DNA of 64,000 bases from an uncultured delta proteobacterium (GTDB taxonomy: Bacteria; Myxococcota_A; Polyangia; Fen-1088), in assembly GCA_963755125.1 (NCBI GenBank), contig CAVWIP010000011.1, positions 158,256 through 222,255 on the forward strand, in the 5' to 3' direction. Position numbers and translations under genes: made by a program. This document shows positions 1 through 9,021 of the stretch, piece after piece. How positions within the stretch are numbered: position 1 is the first letter of the stretch; each line of letters starts with the position of its first letter. The notes beneath the pieces are model-generated. The model had not been told where the DNA came from. It ran no database searches and was given only the letters and a program-made list of their open reading frames with translations.

Positions 1-1080
1 CAAGCCCGCGAGCCCGAGCCGGAGCGGATTCAGGTGCAAGGCTGGCGAGCCCTGCAGCCCAATTGGCGGACGAGTCGCGCTGGGAGCGACATAGGTGCCG
101 AAAACGCGGTCCCACAGCATGAACAGGGGTCCGCCCAGGTTGATCAGCGAATGCCCCGGGAGCGCCGAGTGGTGCATGTAGTGATAGGGACCATCGCCGT
201 AGAAGGCGCCGAGCGCACGCAGCGGCCGGTTGTGCCAAAATGTCGCGTAGAGGGCGGTGTTGTGTGAGCCGATCAGCGGGATCTGGCCAATCATGCGCAA
301 GAGCAATGCCTCTGCAATCATGGCGTCCGAGTGAAAGAGCTTGGCGGATATTCCGAGTCCGAGCTGAAAGGGGACGCTGACGAGGAAGAACAGTGGAAAG
401 GCGGCGAACACAGGCTGTGTGGTCGGGATGGTCAGAAACGGGGGCATGTGGTGGGGACGATGCCAGAGAAGCCAGAATGGCCGCCAGGTGTGGCCGAGGC
501 GGTGAAACCAATACTGGAAGAGATCGACCAGAGCGATGCTCACCAGGAGAGGAAGCGGGTAGGGCAGGTCTACCAGGGTCGGAACACGGGCAACCAGTGC
601 CCTGGACCAGTCTGTGTAATGGCGGACAAGATGGAAGCCGAAAAAGAAACCCTGTCCCATGGCAGCGCTGACAGCGCCGGCCAGTCCCAGGCCCACATAC
701 AGCATCAGCGAAACGACCATGGTGAGCAGGAAGAAGGAGACGATTTGTCGCCGCGGCAACCCCTGGGCAATTGAGAAACCGCGATAGAGCATGATGCCGT
801 TCCAGGCGAGCACGAACGCCCCAAGGGGAAACATGACGGCGAGCCAGCCTGGCGAGAGACCGGCAAGTTGACCGTGCAGCCGCGCCAGGGAGCTGCTAGG
901 TTCGTCAACCAGCCCCAGGCCGAGCATGACGGTTTCATGCGCGAACGCATCGACGACCACGGTAAGCGCAAAGGCGATGGCAAACACCACGTAGCCGGCG
1001 CGGAGCCATGGCTCCCAGCCAGCGCGCGGTTCAGGCGGTTCCCAGGCGAAAAGCCCAGTCGAGCGACCACCTCGTGCCAT
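1..1080 (-). CDS. Sterol desaturase / fatty acid hydroxylase family membrane protein (3' end outside window)
   Basis: Not in the ORF track (no stop in window). Manual translation from ATG at 1080 (MARGGRSTGLFAW...) gives several TM segments and His boxes YWFHRLGH, WHRPHH, YHYMHH, plus LWDRVFGT. Confidence 0.8.
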   Translation of the reverse strand, partial: MARGGRSTGLFAWEPPEPRAGWEPWLRAGYVVFAIAFALTVVVDAFAHETVMLGLGLVDEPSSSLARLHGQLAGLSPGWLAVMFPLGAFVLAWNGIMLYRGFSIAQGLPRRQIVSFFLLTMVVSLMLYVGLGLAGAVSAAMGQGFFFGFHLVRHYTDWSRALVARVPTLVDLPYPLPLLVSIALVDLFQYWFHRLGHTWRPFWLLWHRPHHMPPFLTIPTTQPVFAAFPLFFLVSVPFQLGLGISAKLFHSDAMIAEALLLRMIGQIPLIGSHNTALYATFWHNRPLRALGAFYGDGPYHYMHHSALPGHSLINLGGPLFMLWDRVFGTYVAPSATRPPIGLQGSPALHLNPLRLGLAGL

Positions 1081-1126
1081 GGCCCAATTTGTAGCACCCG
1101 GGATGGCGCTGCGCTATCTCGCGGGG

Positions 1127-1957
1127 CTATTCCACGCGTACCGCGTAGTTTCGCACCTCGGTCTTTCCCGATCCGGAGGCCACCTCGTTTCCTAGTTCCA
1201 GACAGGCGACGTAGACGTTGCCGTCCAGCAGACGTTTCTGCAGCAGGTAGTCGATGATCGCGCCGACGTCGAGAGGACCGTGCAGGATGGGTTTCGCAGC
1301 CAGCAGCGAAATAATGGTCCAGGTGTTGGAACTGCCGCCCGAGGCATCGCCGTGATTATTGGCAAAGTAGATGTGGAATTGATTGCCAGCAATGGTCGCC
1401 GTGGCAACCAGACTGCCGGCCGGTCCCAGCCGATTCTCGGCCAGCCAGATCATCACCTCGTGGGTTATCCCGGCCTTGCTGACGATTGGGGAGGACACAG
1501 TCCAGAATTCAAAGGCCAGGTCATACGAGCCCGACGCGCGCATCGATACGTCGAAGTCCGCGACGAGTTTCTTCGTACCGACGCGAAAGGGGAATCCCGA
1601 ATTGGGGGCGACCTCGCCGGCCCAAGGGCTGTTGCCGACTTGGATTTCCGGGTAGCTCGCCACGTCGGTCCCTCCTCCCCACCATTTCCACACCCAGCCG
1701 AAGATGGGTTTGCCATTGGATTGCTTCACGAAGATCTTCTGGCGGTATGGTCCGGCGGAGGCCTTTGCGTTCCAGGCGTTGTTGAAGATGCGATAGCGGT
1801 CGTCGATGGTCGTCGCCGCGAAGTTCTTTTCTGCTTCAAACACGGTGGTGCCCTCGCTGCCGGAGAGATCGAAGTCGGCCCGCACCGAGCCGAAGCAGCC
1901 AGAGGCCAATGGCAACGACGGAAGCGCTAGCAGAATGAAGGGGAAAAGGCGTCGCAT
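1127..1957 (-). CDS. Glycoside hydrolase family 12 (endoglucanase-like), probable lipoprotein
   Basis: GGAGG SD before MRRLFPFILL; lipobox LASGC; NNAWN, SYP, YDLAFEFW, EVMIW and ELGNE (two catalytic Glu motifs). Confidence 0.8.
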   Translation of the reverse strand: MRRLFPFILLALPSLPLASGCFGSVRADFDLSGSEGTTVFEAEKNFAATTIDDRYRIFNNAWNAKASAGPYRQKIFVKQSNGKPIFGWVWKWWGGGTDVASYPEIQVGNSPWAGEVAPNSGFPFRVGTKKLVADFDVSMRASGSYDLAFEFWTVSSPIVSKAGITHEVMIWLAENRLGPAGSLVATATIAGNQFHIYFANNHGDASGGSSNTWTIISLLAAKPILHGPLDVGAIIDYLLQKRLLDGNVYVACLELGNEVASGSGKTEVRNYAVRVE

Positions 1958-1989
1958 GTGTGTCCTCCGAGAAGGGTGCTGTACGAAAA

Positions 1990-2682
1990 TCAGAGCGGCG
2001 TTCCTGCTTCGATGAGCATGGGTTGGTTGTGGTGCGGGCGGGGCTTGGTAGCCGCCACGCAGGCGCGCGTGAACGTGGCGCCCAACCGTTCCCACAGTTT
2101 CTCTTCCACGTCGTAGGGCAGGCCGCGCCGGTATCCTGCAAACGTGACCGTGGCGAGCTTTCTGCCGGTGACGCCGCTGCGAATCACGATGGTGGCGACG
2201 GCGTGATCCGCGGGCATTTCCTTGACGTGTCCGTGGACATAGGCGGCCACGTCCATCACGGCGCCCATATCGCGGTATTGCTCGGCGGTGTCCACCGCGG
2301 GCAGCGCAGTCTCCACCTTGATCCCTCTGTCGGTGAGTGCCTGAATCACATGATCGCGCACGGAATAGGTGTCCTCTCCGGCGAAAGCGAGGACCGCGAC
2401 CTTGCCCCCGGCAACGGCGGCCTCTTCCGCCTCGGCCTTCGCCTTGCCGCGGGCTGCGGCGCGAGTGGCTGCCCTGGACAGGTGCTTGGTCTTGGCCTTG
2501 GCATGGCTTTTCGCCCGCCGGGGCGCAGCCTGGACCACTGGGGCCGTGCCAATCACCGCGGCCAGGGCGAGCAACGCCAGCAAGAACCCACGCAGCGCGA
2601 GTCGCGCAGACGCGAGTGGGCGGACGGGCAGCGCACAGGCGACGAGCGTAGGGGACGAGGCGCAGGCGCGAAGCAACGACAT
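1990..2682 (-). CDS. Hypothetical exported protein
   Basis: 230 aa ORF with hydrophobic signal-like segment and basic linker; co-oriented just upstream of the GH12 gene; start uncertain. Confidence 0.6.
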   Translation of the reverse strand: MSLLRACASSPTLVACALPVRPLASARLALRGFLLALLALAAVIGTAPVVQAAPRRAKSHAKAKTKHLSRAATRAAARGKAKAEAEEAAVAGGKVAVLAFAGEDTYSVRDHVIQALTDRGIKVETALPAVDTAEQYRDMGAVMDVAAYVHGHVKEMPADHAVATIVIRSGVTGRKLATVTFAGYRRGLPYDVEEKLWERLGATFTRACVAATKPRPHHNQPMLIEAGTPL

Positions 2683-2804
2683 CGGGTGCGCGCGAATACT
2701 ACCCTGGTTTAGGCGCGGTCCGGGAGTACTTCTTGCAGGCTCGCTCCCGAGGTAAAATATGAGGCTAGGGTTCGATCCGAAAATACGATTTCAGGAGTAC
2801 CATC

Positions 2805-4385
2805 ATGTTGCAACGGTTGTTCGCTCCGGCCCTTGTCTGTTCCATCGCGTTCGTGATTCAAGCTTGCGGTAGTTCGGACTCCACACCTTCCGGTAGTGGC
2901 GGCTCGACCGCGTCCGGGGGGACGATAACTCCATCGGGAGGCACGACGGCTGGGGCCGGTGGCAACCCGCAGGTTACCGGTGGCTCGCAGAAGGACGCCG
3001 GCATGAACGCCGATGCAGCCGCTGGCAGCGTCGCAGACGCCGCCTCCGATCTCGGCCAGGCCTGCGACCAAACCCTGTCCGACAACTGGAACACTGCTGC
3101 CTGCACCAGTCGAACCGGAACCAGCACGTTCTCACTGGCCACCTCGGCCCAGGTGGATTCGCTCGTGATCTGGGTCGATACCTCGGTGGCCGGTGTGACT
3201 CTCAGCTACACCTTGACCGGCGCAGCCGGTGCGGTCAGCTCCGGCAATCTCGACCAGGGAACCTGCGACCCTTATCAGTCGCAGTGGTGTGCCCTCACCG
3301 CCCAAGTCTCCAAGGTCCTCTCGGCCGGAAGCTATTCAATTCAGATCTCGGCCGCTGCCATCTGCGCCAACAGCGGATCGTCCAACGTCGGCTTTGTCCG
3401 CGTGCTTGGTTGCACCGCCACGTCCACAGGGGGCGCAAGTGGAGCGACGGGGGCGACGGGTGGGGCTGGCGGAGCGACGGGGGGGACGGGTGGAAACGGT
3501 GGTGCGAGTGGAGGGGCGGGGGCTGGGGCCACGACAAGCGGGGCTGTGCAGCCTATTTTGCACTTCACGTTCGATGAGACGAGCGGCATCATTGCAAAGG
3601 ACTCGGCGGGCAATAACGACGGCACGGTCACCGGTGGGACGTGGACCGCGGGCGGCAAGATCGGAGGCTGTCTGTCGCTCGACGGGACGGGTAGCGTGCA
3701 GGTTGCGATGCCGAAGGGACTTCCGGTGGGCAGCGCGCCGCGCACGGTGGCGATCTGGTTCCAGGCCAGAAAAGATCTGTCGGCGTCGACGGAGGCAGGA
3801 ATCGTTCAATGGGGCTCGGCGGTGGACGGTCAGATGTTCGGGCTTATTACCTCGATGAACGCGCCCGACAAACTCTACTTTTTCGGGTACAACGTCGACA
3901 CCTACGGCACGACTGCGCTGGCCCAGAACGTTTGGTATCACGGCGCCGTCACCTACGACGGAACCAATGTCGTGCTCTACCTCAACGGCAAACAGGAAGC
4001 CTCGCTCGTCGCGCCGCTCAATACCACACTGAGCACCGACGGTCTCACGGTGGGAATGCGTCTGCCATCCACGGGTTGGACGGGGCTGCTCGACGATCTC
4101 CGCATCTATGACGTCGCCCTTGGCCCCGCCGACATTGCCACCCTTGCCAACTCCACGGGAACAACGACATCCACCGGAATCGCGACATCCACCGGAACCG
4201 CAACGGGCAGCGGCACACAAACCTGCGTCAATCCGGGCCCGAATTGTCAGGCGCTCGCCGCGTGTTGTCCGAAGGTCCCAGCCGCCGCTCAGTCCGATTG
4301 TCAATCCTGGGCAAACCAATGTGGCGAAACGGCCTGTGCAACTTGGCTGACTGGAAACACCGTGGGCCTTCTGTACTGCCAATAG
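2805..4385 (+). CDS. Lipoprotein with LamG/concanavalin-like domain and Cys-rich tail
   Basis: AGGAG SD; lipobox IQAC; Gly/Thr linkers; LHFTFDE, WYHGAVTYDG, LYLNG, LDDLRIYDVAL. Confidence 0.85.
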   Translation: MLQRLFAPALVCSIAFVIQACGSSDSTPSGSGGSTASGGTITPSGGTTAGAGGNPQVTGGSQKDAGMNADAAAGSVADAASDLGQACDQTLSDNWNTAACTSRTGTSTFSLATSAQVDSLVIWVDTSVAGVTLSYTLTGAAGAVSSGNLDQGTCDPYQSQWCALTAQVSKVLSAGSYSIQISAAAICANSGSSNVGFVRVLGCTATSTGGASGATGATGGAGGATGGTGGNGGASGGAGAGATTSGAVQPILHFTFDETSGIIAKDSAGNNDGTVTGGTWTAGGKIGGCLSLDGTGSVQVAMPKGLPVGSAPRTVAIWFQARKDLSASTEAGIVQWGSAVDGQMFGLITSMNAPDKLYFFGYNVDTYGTTALAQNVWYHGAVTYDGTNVVLYLNGKQEASLVAPLNTTLSTDGLTVGMRLPSTGWTGLLDDLRIYDVALGPADIATLANSTGTTTSTGIATSTGTATGSGTQTCVNPGPNCQALAACCPKVPAAAQSDCQSWANQCGETACATWLTGNTVGLLYCQ

Positions 4386-4408
4386 GCTCTTGCGCCGGGC
4401 GGCACTAG

Positions 4409-4652
4409 TGCTGCCCGCCAGAAAATGTTGAGGGGTTGGCAAGAGTCCCCTCGGGCAGCACGCGAGCGCAAAGCGCGAGCCGCGAGGCCGTAAGGCCGAG
4501 CGGGGCAAGGGGAGACCCGGCGGGCTTTGCCCGACGGGGGGAGGGGCTCTCCCCTCCGTAAATCGAAGCTAGTGCCGCCTCGCTTCCTGTTCTAGTGTCC
4601 CTTCTAGCCGCAAACATCGGTCGGACCCTTTCGGAACTTCTGGCAGGCGGCA
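4409..4652. mobile_element. MITE-like non-autonomous element flanked by CTAG
   Basis: CTAG at 4405-4408 and 4653-4656; termini TGCTGCCCGCCAGAA and reverse-complement TGCCGCCTGCCAGAA match 13/15; internal hairpins; no transposase. Confidence 0.65.
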
Positions 4653-6005
4653 CTAGTGTGCGGGCGAGCCCGCTGGCGGGGCAGGGGAAGCCGCGGGCGC
4701 CGGGGCGGGATAGCCAGCATTGTAGGGGGTCCCAAAGGGTGCCGGAGCTGGAGCCGGCGCCGATGGCAGGACACTGGGCGGGGTGGGGGCGGCTGGAGTT
4801 GCAGGCGCAGGGCCGGGCGCTGGCGGTGCAACGCTGCTAGGCGCGGGAATCGTGGGCGTCGGAGCGGGTGATGGCGCGGCCACTGGCATCGGGCCCAGGG
4901 TCGGGTAGGCGGCTTCAGCAGGATGTGGCGCTGCCGGGGGTGGCGCGGGCGCGACCGGCGCGGCAGCGGCAGGCGGCGACGGGATGGCGGGCGGGGCCAG
5001 GGCTGGCAGGGGCACGAACTGAACCGCCGATTTTTGCAAGATGGGAATGAGAAGCGTGTTGCGTTTGCTGTCGAGGCCGATATCGGCAGGCGAGGGAATT
5101 TCCGATATGACTTCCTTGAATTCTTGGCCAGGGAAACCACGGTAGATGGCGGACGCCTCCCAGCTCGAAATGAGGAATGAGCCGTCGCCTAGTCTCACGA
5201 TTCCATCGAGTCCACCCTTGGGTAGCTTGCTGGCCGGTCCCGTGCCGCCCTGGCGATTGACGTGGAAAAACAGGTTCGCGCCCAGAGTGACGACCCACAC
5301 CCCGTCACTGTCCGCCAGCAGGCCGCTCGGCCAGTGCAGGGCCTGGTCACTGATGAGCGCTTCCGCCGAGCCTTTCTTGACGTCGATCGCGTAGATCGCG
5401 TCGTCGCCGGTACCGGCGAAACTCCCGGCCTTGAAAGTCACGGCGCTGTCGGAAGCGTAGAGCGTCTTGCCATCAGGCGACGCCGAAAGATCGTTGAGGA
5501 AGACCGAATTCGCCACCTTGATCGTGCCCTTGGCTTTGCCGCTCTTGCGGTCGAACTTGCGGATGACATTGAGATCCGCGACGTAGAGGATGTCCCCAAT
5601 GATTGTCATTCCCTTGGGCGCGTTCAGCTCGCCTCCCTTCTTGCTTCCGTCGACGAACTTGAGGGCCATGATCTTGCCGTCGGGAGCAATCTTGGAAATG
5701 AAACCGTTCTTCTTGGGGACGGCGGAAGCACCGCTGATGTTGCTGACAAAATACACATCTTGGTCCGCATCCCAGAGCACGGACTTGGGCATTTGCAGGC
5801 CGGCATCCCTGACCACAATTGTAGGCGGTCCGGGCGGCGGGGGCGGGACAGGCGCAGGGGCCGGCTCGGCCAGCGCAACCCGCGGTGGCCGCGTTGGCTG
5901 GATGCACGTCGATGGCGCGGGGACTGGGCAGTGGCAACATCCGACCGCGAGGCTCGCAACACTCGTGGCTAGCAGAACGGGGATACAGCGTCTCGAACGA
6001 TCCAT
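4653..6005 (-). CDS. SMP-30/gluconolactonase/LRE family beta-propeller lipoprotein with Pro-rich tails
   Basis: PKSVLWD, YFVSNI, LNAPKG, FLNDL, GLDGI, SPADIG motifs; lipobox AVGC. Confidence 0.8.
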   Translation of the reverse strand: MDRSRRCIPVLLATSVASLAVGCCHCPVPAPSTCIQPTRPPRVALAEPAPAPVPPPPPGPPTIVVRDAGLQMPKSVLWDADQDVYFVSNISGASAVPKKNGFISKIAPDGKIMALKFVDGSKKGGELNAPKGMTIIGDILYVADLNVIRKFDRKSGKAKGTIKVANSVFLNDLSASPDGKTLYASDSAVTFKAGSFAGTGDDAIYAIDVKKGSAEALISDQALHWPSGLLADSDGVWVVTLGANLFFHVNRQGGTGPASKLPKGGLDGIVRLGDGSFLISSWEASAIYRGFPGQEFKEVISEIPSPADIGLDSKRNTLLIPILQKSAVQFVPLPALAPPAIPSPPAAAAPVAPAPPPAAPHPAEAAYPTLGPMPVAAPSPAPTPTIPAPSSVAPPAPGPAPATPAAPTPPSVLPSAPAPAPAPFGTPYNAGYPAPAPAASPAPPAGSPAH

Positions 6006-6155
6006 TCTTCACCTCTCCTGGTTGCCATTCAGGCACAAATAGCGCGTGGCCACAGACTAGACCGATTCCAGCGGCAAGCCAAGCTCGCCGAAGTGTGACC
6101 ACGCGGCGACAGCACCGTGACCCGAATGCGGACAGGAGCGGCAGCAAGGTGTAGC

Positions 6156-6419
6156 ATCCATTTTTACCCGATCAGCCCGACGAATCCGCTGGTCACTTGC
6201 GTCACGGCCAATGAGAATCGCTGGAACCGATACCGCATCTGGAGGCCACTTAGCCTGCTGGTCATGGTCCGCCAGACAGCGCCTGAATGGGAGATCACGA
6301 TCTTGGACGAGCACATGAGGCAGCCGGACTTCTTGGCCTTGCCTCGTCCTGATCTGGTGGGCATTGCCGCATTCACTTTCCAGGTGCCCAGGGCCTACCA
6401 GGTGGCCTCGCATTTTCGT
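6156..6419 (+). pseudogene. N-terminal remnant of a B12-binding-domain radical SAM protein
   Basis: HFYPISPTNPLV...RWNRYRIWRPLSL...PEWEITILDE...RPDLVGIAAFT..RAYQVASHFR resembles the cobalamin-binding N-terminus; no CxxxCxxC domain follows. Confidence 0.6.
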
Positions 6420-6446
6420 CACCACTCACCTACGCCAGTTGCACGG

Positions 6447-7550
6447 GTGAGATTCGCACACCTTGGCCTGCTGCTTGTCGCCCTGTTCGTACTCGGATGC
6501 CGGGGTCGGGGCAGCCATGCCGCGCTATCGGCGGGGGCGGCGGTGCATGCCGGCGGACCAAGAATTGCGTTCGAGACGACGTTGCACGACTTTGGCACCG
6601 TGAGCGAGGGCGACAAACTCAGACACGTCTTCGCGTTCAAGAACACCGGCAAGGCGCCGCTGCTCATCAGCAGCGCCCGTGCATCGTGCGGGTGTACCGT
6701 GGCCGCGCTGAAGGTCAAATCGATTGCACCGGGCGGTACCGGCGAGATCGACGCCACCTTCGACACCCACGGCAGGGTCGGGTCAAGCCGGACCACGATC
6801 GCGGTCGAGTCGAACGCCACGGATCAGGCCCACGCCACGCTCACGCTCACGGCCAACGTGGAACGACTGCTTGCCCTTGAGTCGGGCTACCTGCGGGTGG
6901 CGACTGAGTATGGTGTTCCGCGGGTGGAGAAGGTGTGGCTGACCGGCAAGCTGCTGGATGAGGCGACCCCAAAGGTTCTCAAGCTGGAAAGCCTAAGGCG
7001 CGCCGATACGCCTGCAGACCGAGACAAGGATCCTATTCTCCGTGAGTTGAACGTGTGCCCCATCGAGGAGCAGGCGGGCGGCACTCTCAAGAAGGGGCTG
7101 GAACTCAAGCTGACGGGCGACAGGGTCGCCTCCGGATCTGGCAAAGTGACCGTCGCGACTGGCTTGCCGAGACCGGCGCTTCTGGAGTTGCAGCTGACCT
7201 GGGCCGTGGCGAGCACGCTTCACGTCGAGCCGGACAGCCCCAGCTTCGCTGTGGGACAGCCCGAGGGTCGCGAACGCATCCTGCGGGTCTGGAGCAAGAA
7301 ACCGAATTTCAGGCTATTGCGGGTTCGCGTGCTGGATGGCCCATTTGCAGCCGCGCTCGAAAGGCCAGAGTCACCCACAATATTCAAGGTCAAGGTGACG
7401 TGGAACGGTCCCCTCCGCGGGGAGCACGCTGAACCGGACATCGGCAAGCTGCAGCTCATCAGCAACGACCCAGCCGAGCCGAACAAGGTGGTGGACCTGA
7501 AGATCACCAACGCGCCGGGGCGACCGCCGCTTCCACGCACGCCCCTGTGA
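6447..7550 (+). CDS. DUF1573 domain-containing lipoprotein
   Basis: GTG start gives signal peptide ending VLGC; HDFG, FAFKNTGKAPLLI, ASCGCT, IAPGGTG are DUF1573 motifs. Confidence 0.8.
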   Translation: MRFAHLGLLLVALFVLGCRGRGSHAALSAGAAVHAGGPRIAFETTLHDFGTVSEGDKLRHVFAFKNTGKAPLLISSARASCGCTVAALKVKSIAPGGTGEIDATFDTHGRVGSSRTTIAVESNATDQAHATLTLTANVERLLALESGYLRVATEYGVPRVEKVWLTGKLLDEATPKVLKLESLRRADTPADRDKDPILRELNVCPIEEQAGGTLKKGLELKLTGDRVASGSGKVTVATGLPRPALLELQLTWAVASTLHVEPDSPSFAVGQPEGRERILRVWSKKPNFRLLRVRVLDGPFAAALERPESPTIFKVKVTWNGPLRGEHAEPDIGKLQLISNDPAEPNKVVDLKITNAPGRPPLPRTPL

Positions 7551-7810
7551 CGGTCCAGTGTGAAAGCCCTCACGTCGGTGCAAAACACGTGCTTTCGGGG
7601 GCGTTGTTGCAGATGCGATGCGTCCATGGCGTGGCCGCGAAAACGCGTACCATCACGGACGCAGCTTCGACGCTCGGCCGTTGACGGAAGCCCCCTATGA
7701 CATTCAGCATGCCGCAGTCGTGTGCGGAAAACTCGGGAGTGTCCCGTATCCGGCTGTGGTATCTTTCCCCGAGGCTCTCTCTTTCATCCATGCAAGGTCG
7801 CGTATCTGTC

Positions 7811-8977
7811 ATGAAATCCCATCGAATGTTCCTGGTTGGCATCCCCGCACTCTCGCTCTGGCTGGCCTGCACTGGCGCCGCAGTGCAGTCAACGTCCGGA
7901 AGTGGCGCTTCTCAGAGCGCCGGTTCCCAGAGCGGTGGAGCCGGAAACACGGGCGGCGGCGGTGGCGGCGGAAGCGGCATCATCACCTTCGGCCCTGATG
8001 GCTCGGCCATGGGCAGCGGTGCTGACTCGGGCAGCGGGGAACCGCTTCCCGATCTCAAAGGGTATCAATGTGATGATGCCGGTACTTGCACTCTCTGCCA
8101 GCCGGTGCGCATTCTGTCGCTGGGGCAGCCAGCAAAGTATGGCGCAAACAGCGGCAGCACCGACAACACGGATGCGTTTCAGGCCTTCATGAACAGCAAC
8201 ACCAACGGCACCGCAACCATGCAGATGCTGGAGACATTCACCCCGATAACCAGTCTGGACCTCAGTCAGTACGACGTCATTATTTTACAAGCCCTTTACA
8301 CCAACCCATATGACACCACCAATGGACTGTGGACCTACACCGCTGCCGACGCTACGGCCCTGCACGATTGGGTGAACAACCAAGGCGGCGCGATCATCGC
8401 GATGTCCGGCTATTTCAGTGATAACACGGTCGAGATTCAGCCACTCAATCAGTTGCTCGCTCCCTTCGGCATCACCTACGATGGGGACAATACTTACACC
8501 ACCAACGACTGTCCCAGCACGCCGAACTGGGGACCGCTCTGCTATTGCGCCTATGGCTCGATTCCATTCGACAACTGGACCAGTCTGGTTCCCGACATCA
8601 CAAAGAATCTGGGGAAGGTTGGCATTTTCATGGGACGGTCGATTACCTGCCCGGGTTCGGACTGCCAGATCGTGGGGACGAACAACGTCGATACCACGGC
8701 TCAGTCCAACATTGCCGGTGTGGCGAAAGCGGTTGGGAAGGGCAGAGTCTTCGCCTGGGGCGACGAGTGGGTGACCTACACCAGTCAATGGGGTTTGACG
8801 CCCGATCCCCAGTATGACAATGCCACCACCTACGCTCAATGTGTTGGCTACACCCCGCACACTTCCTACGCCGTGCCTCAGTTCTGGTACAACGTCTTCA
8901 GGTGGGTGGCCCAGACTACTTGTCTTACCATCGTGTTGCCGCCAACCGCTGGCTCTGTACAGCAAATCGTTTACTAG
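7811..8977 (+). CDS. Hypothetical lipoprotein (possible class I glutamine amidotransferase-like fold)
   Basis: Lipobox WLAC; Gly linker; LSQYDVIIL, WV..GG.II, GKGRVFAWGDEW. Confidence 0.7.
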   Translation: MKSHRMFLVGIPALSLWLACTGAAVQSTSGSGASQSAGSQSGGAGNTGGGGGGGSGIITFGPDGSAMGSGADSGSGEPLPDLKGYQCDDAGTCTLCQPVRILSLGQPAKYGANSGSTDNTDAFQAFMNSNTNGTATMQMLETFTPITSLDLSQYDVIILQALYTNPYDTTNGLWTYTAADATALHDWVNNQGGAIIAMSGYFSDNTVEIQPLNQLLAPFGITYDGDNTYTTNDCPSTPNWGPLCYCAYGSIPFDNWTSLVPDITKNLGKVGIFMGRSITCPGSDCQIVGTNNVDTTAQSNIAGVAKAVGKGRVFAWGDEWVTYTSQWGLTPDPQYDNATTYAQCVGYTPHTSYAVPQFWYNVFRWVAQTTCLTIVLPPTAGSVQQIVY

Positions 8978-9021
8978 GGCCGGCTTTGGAGGGAGTGGCG
9001 GGCGGGTGCAAGCAGTGAATA

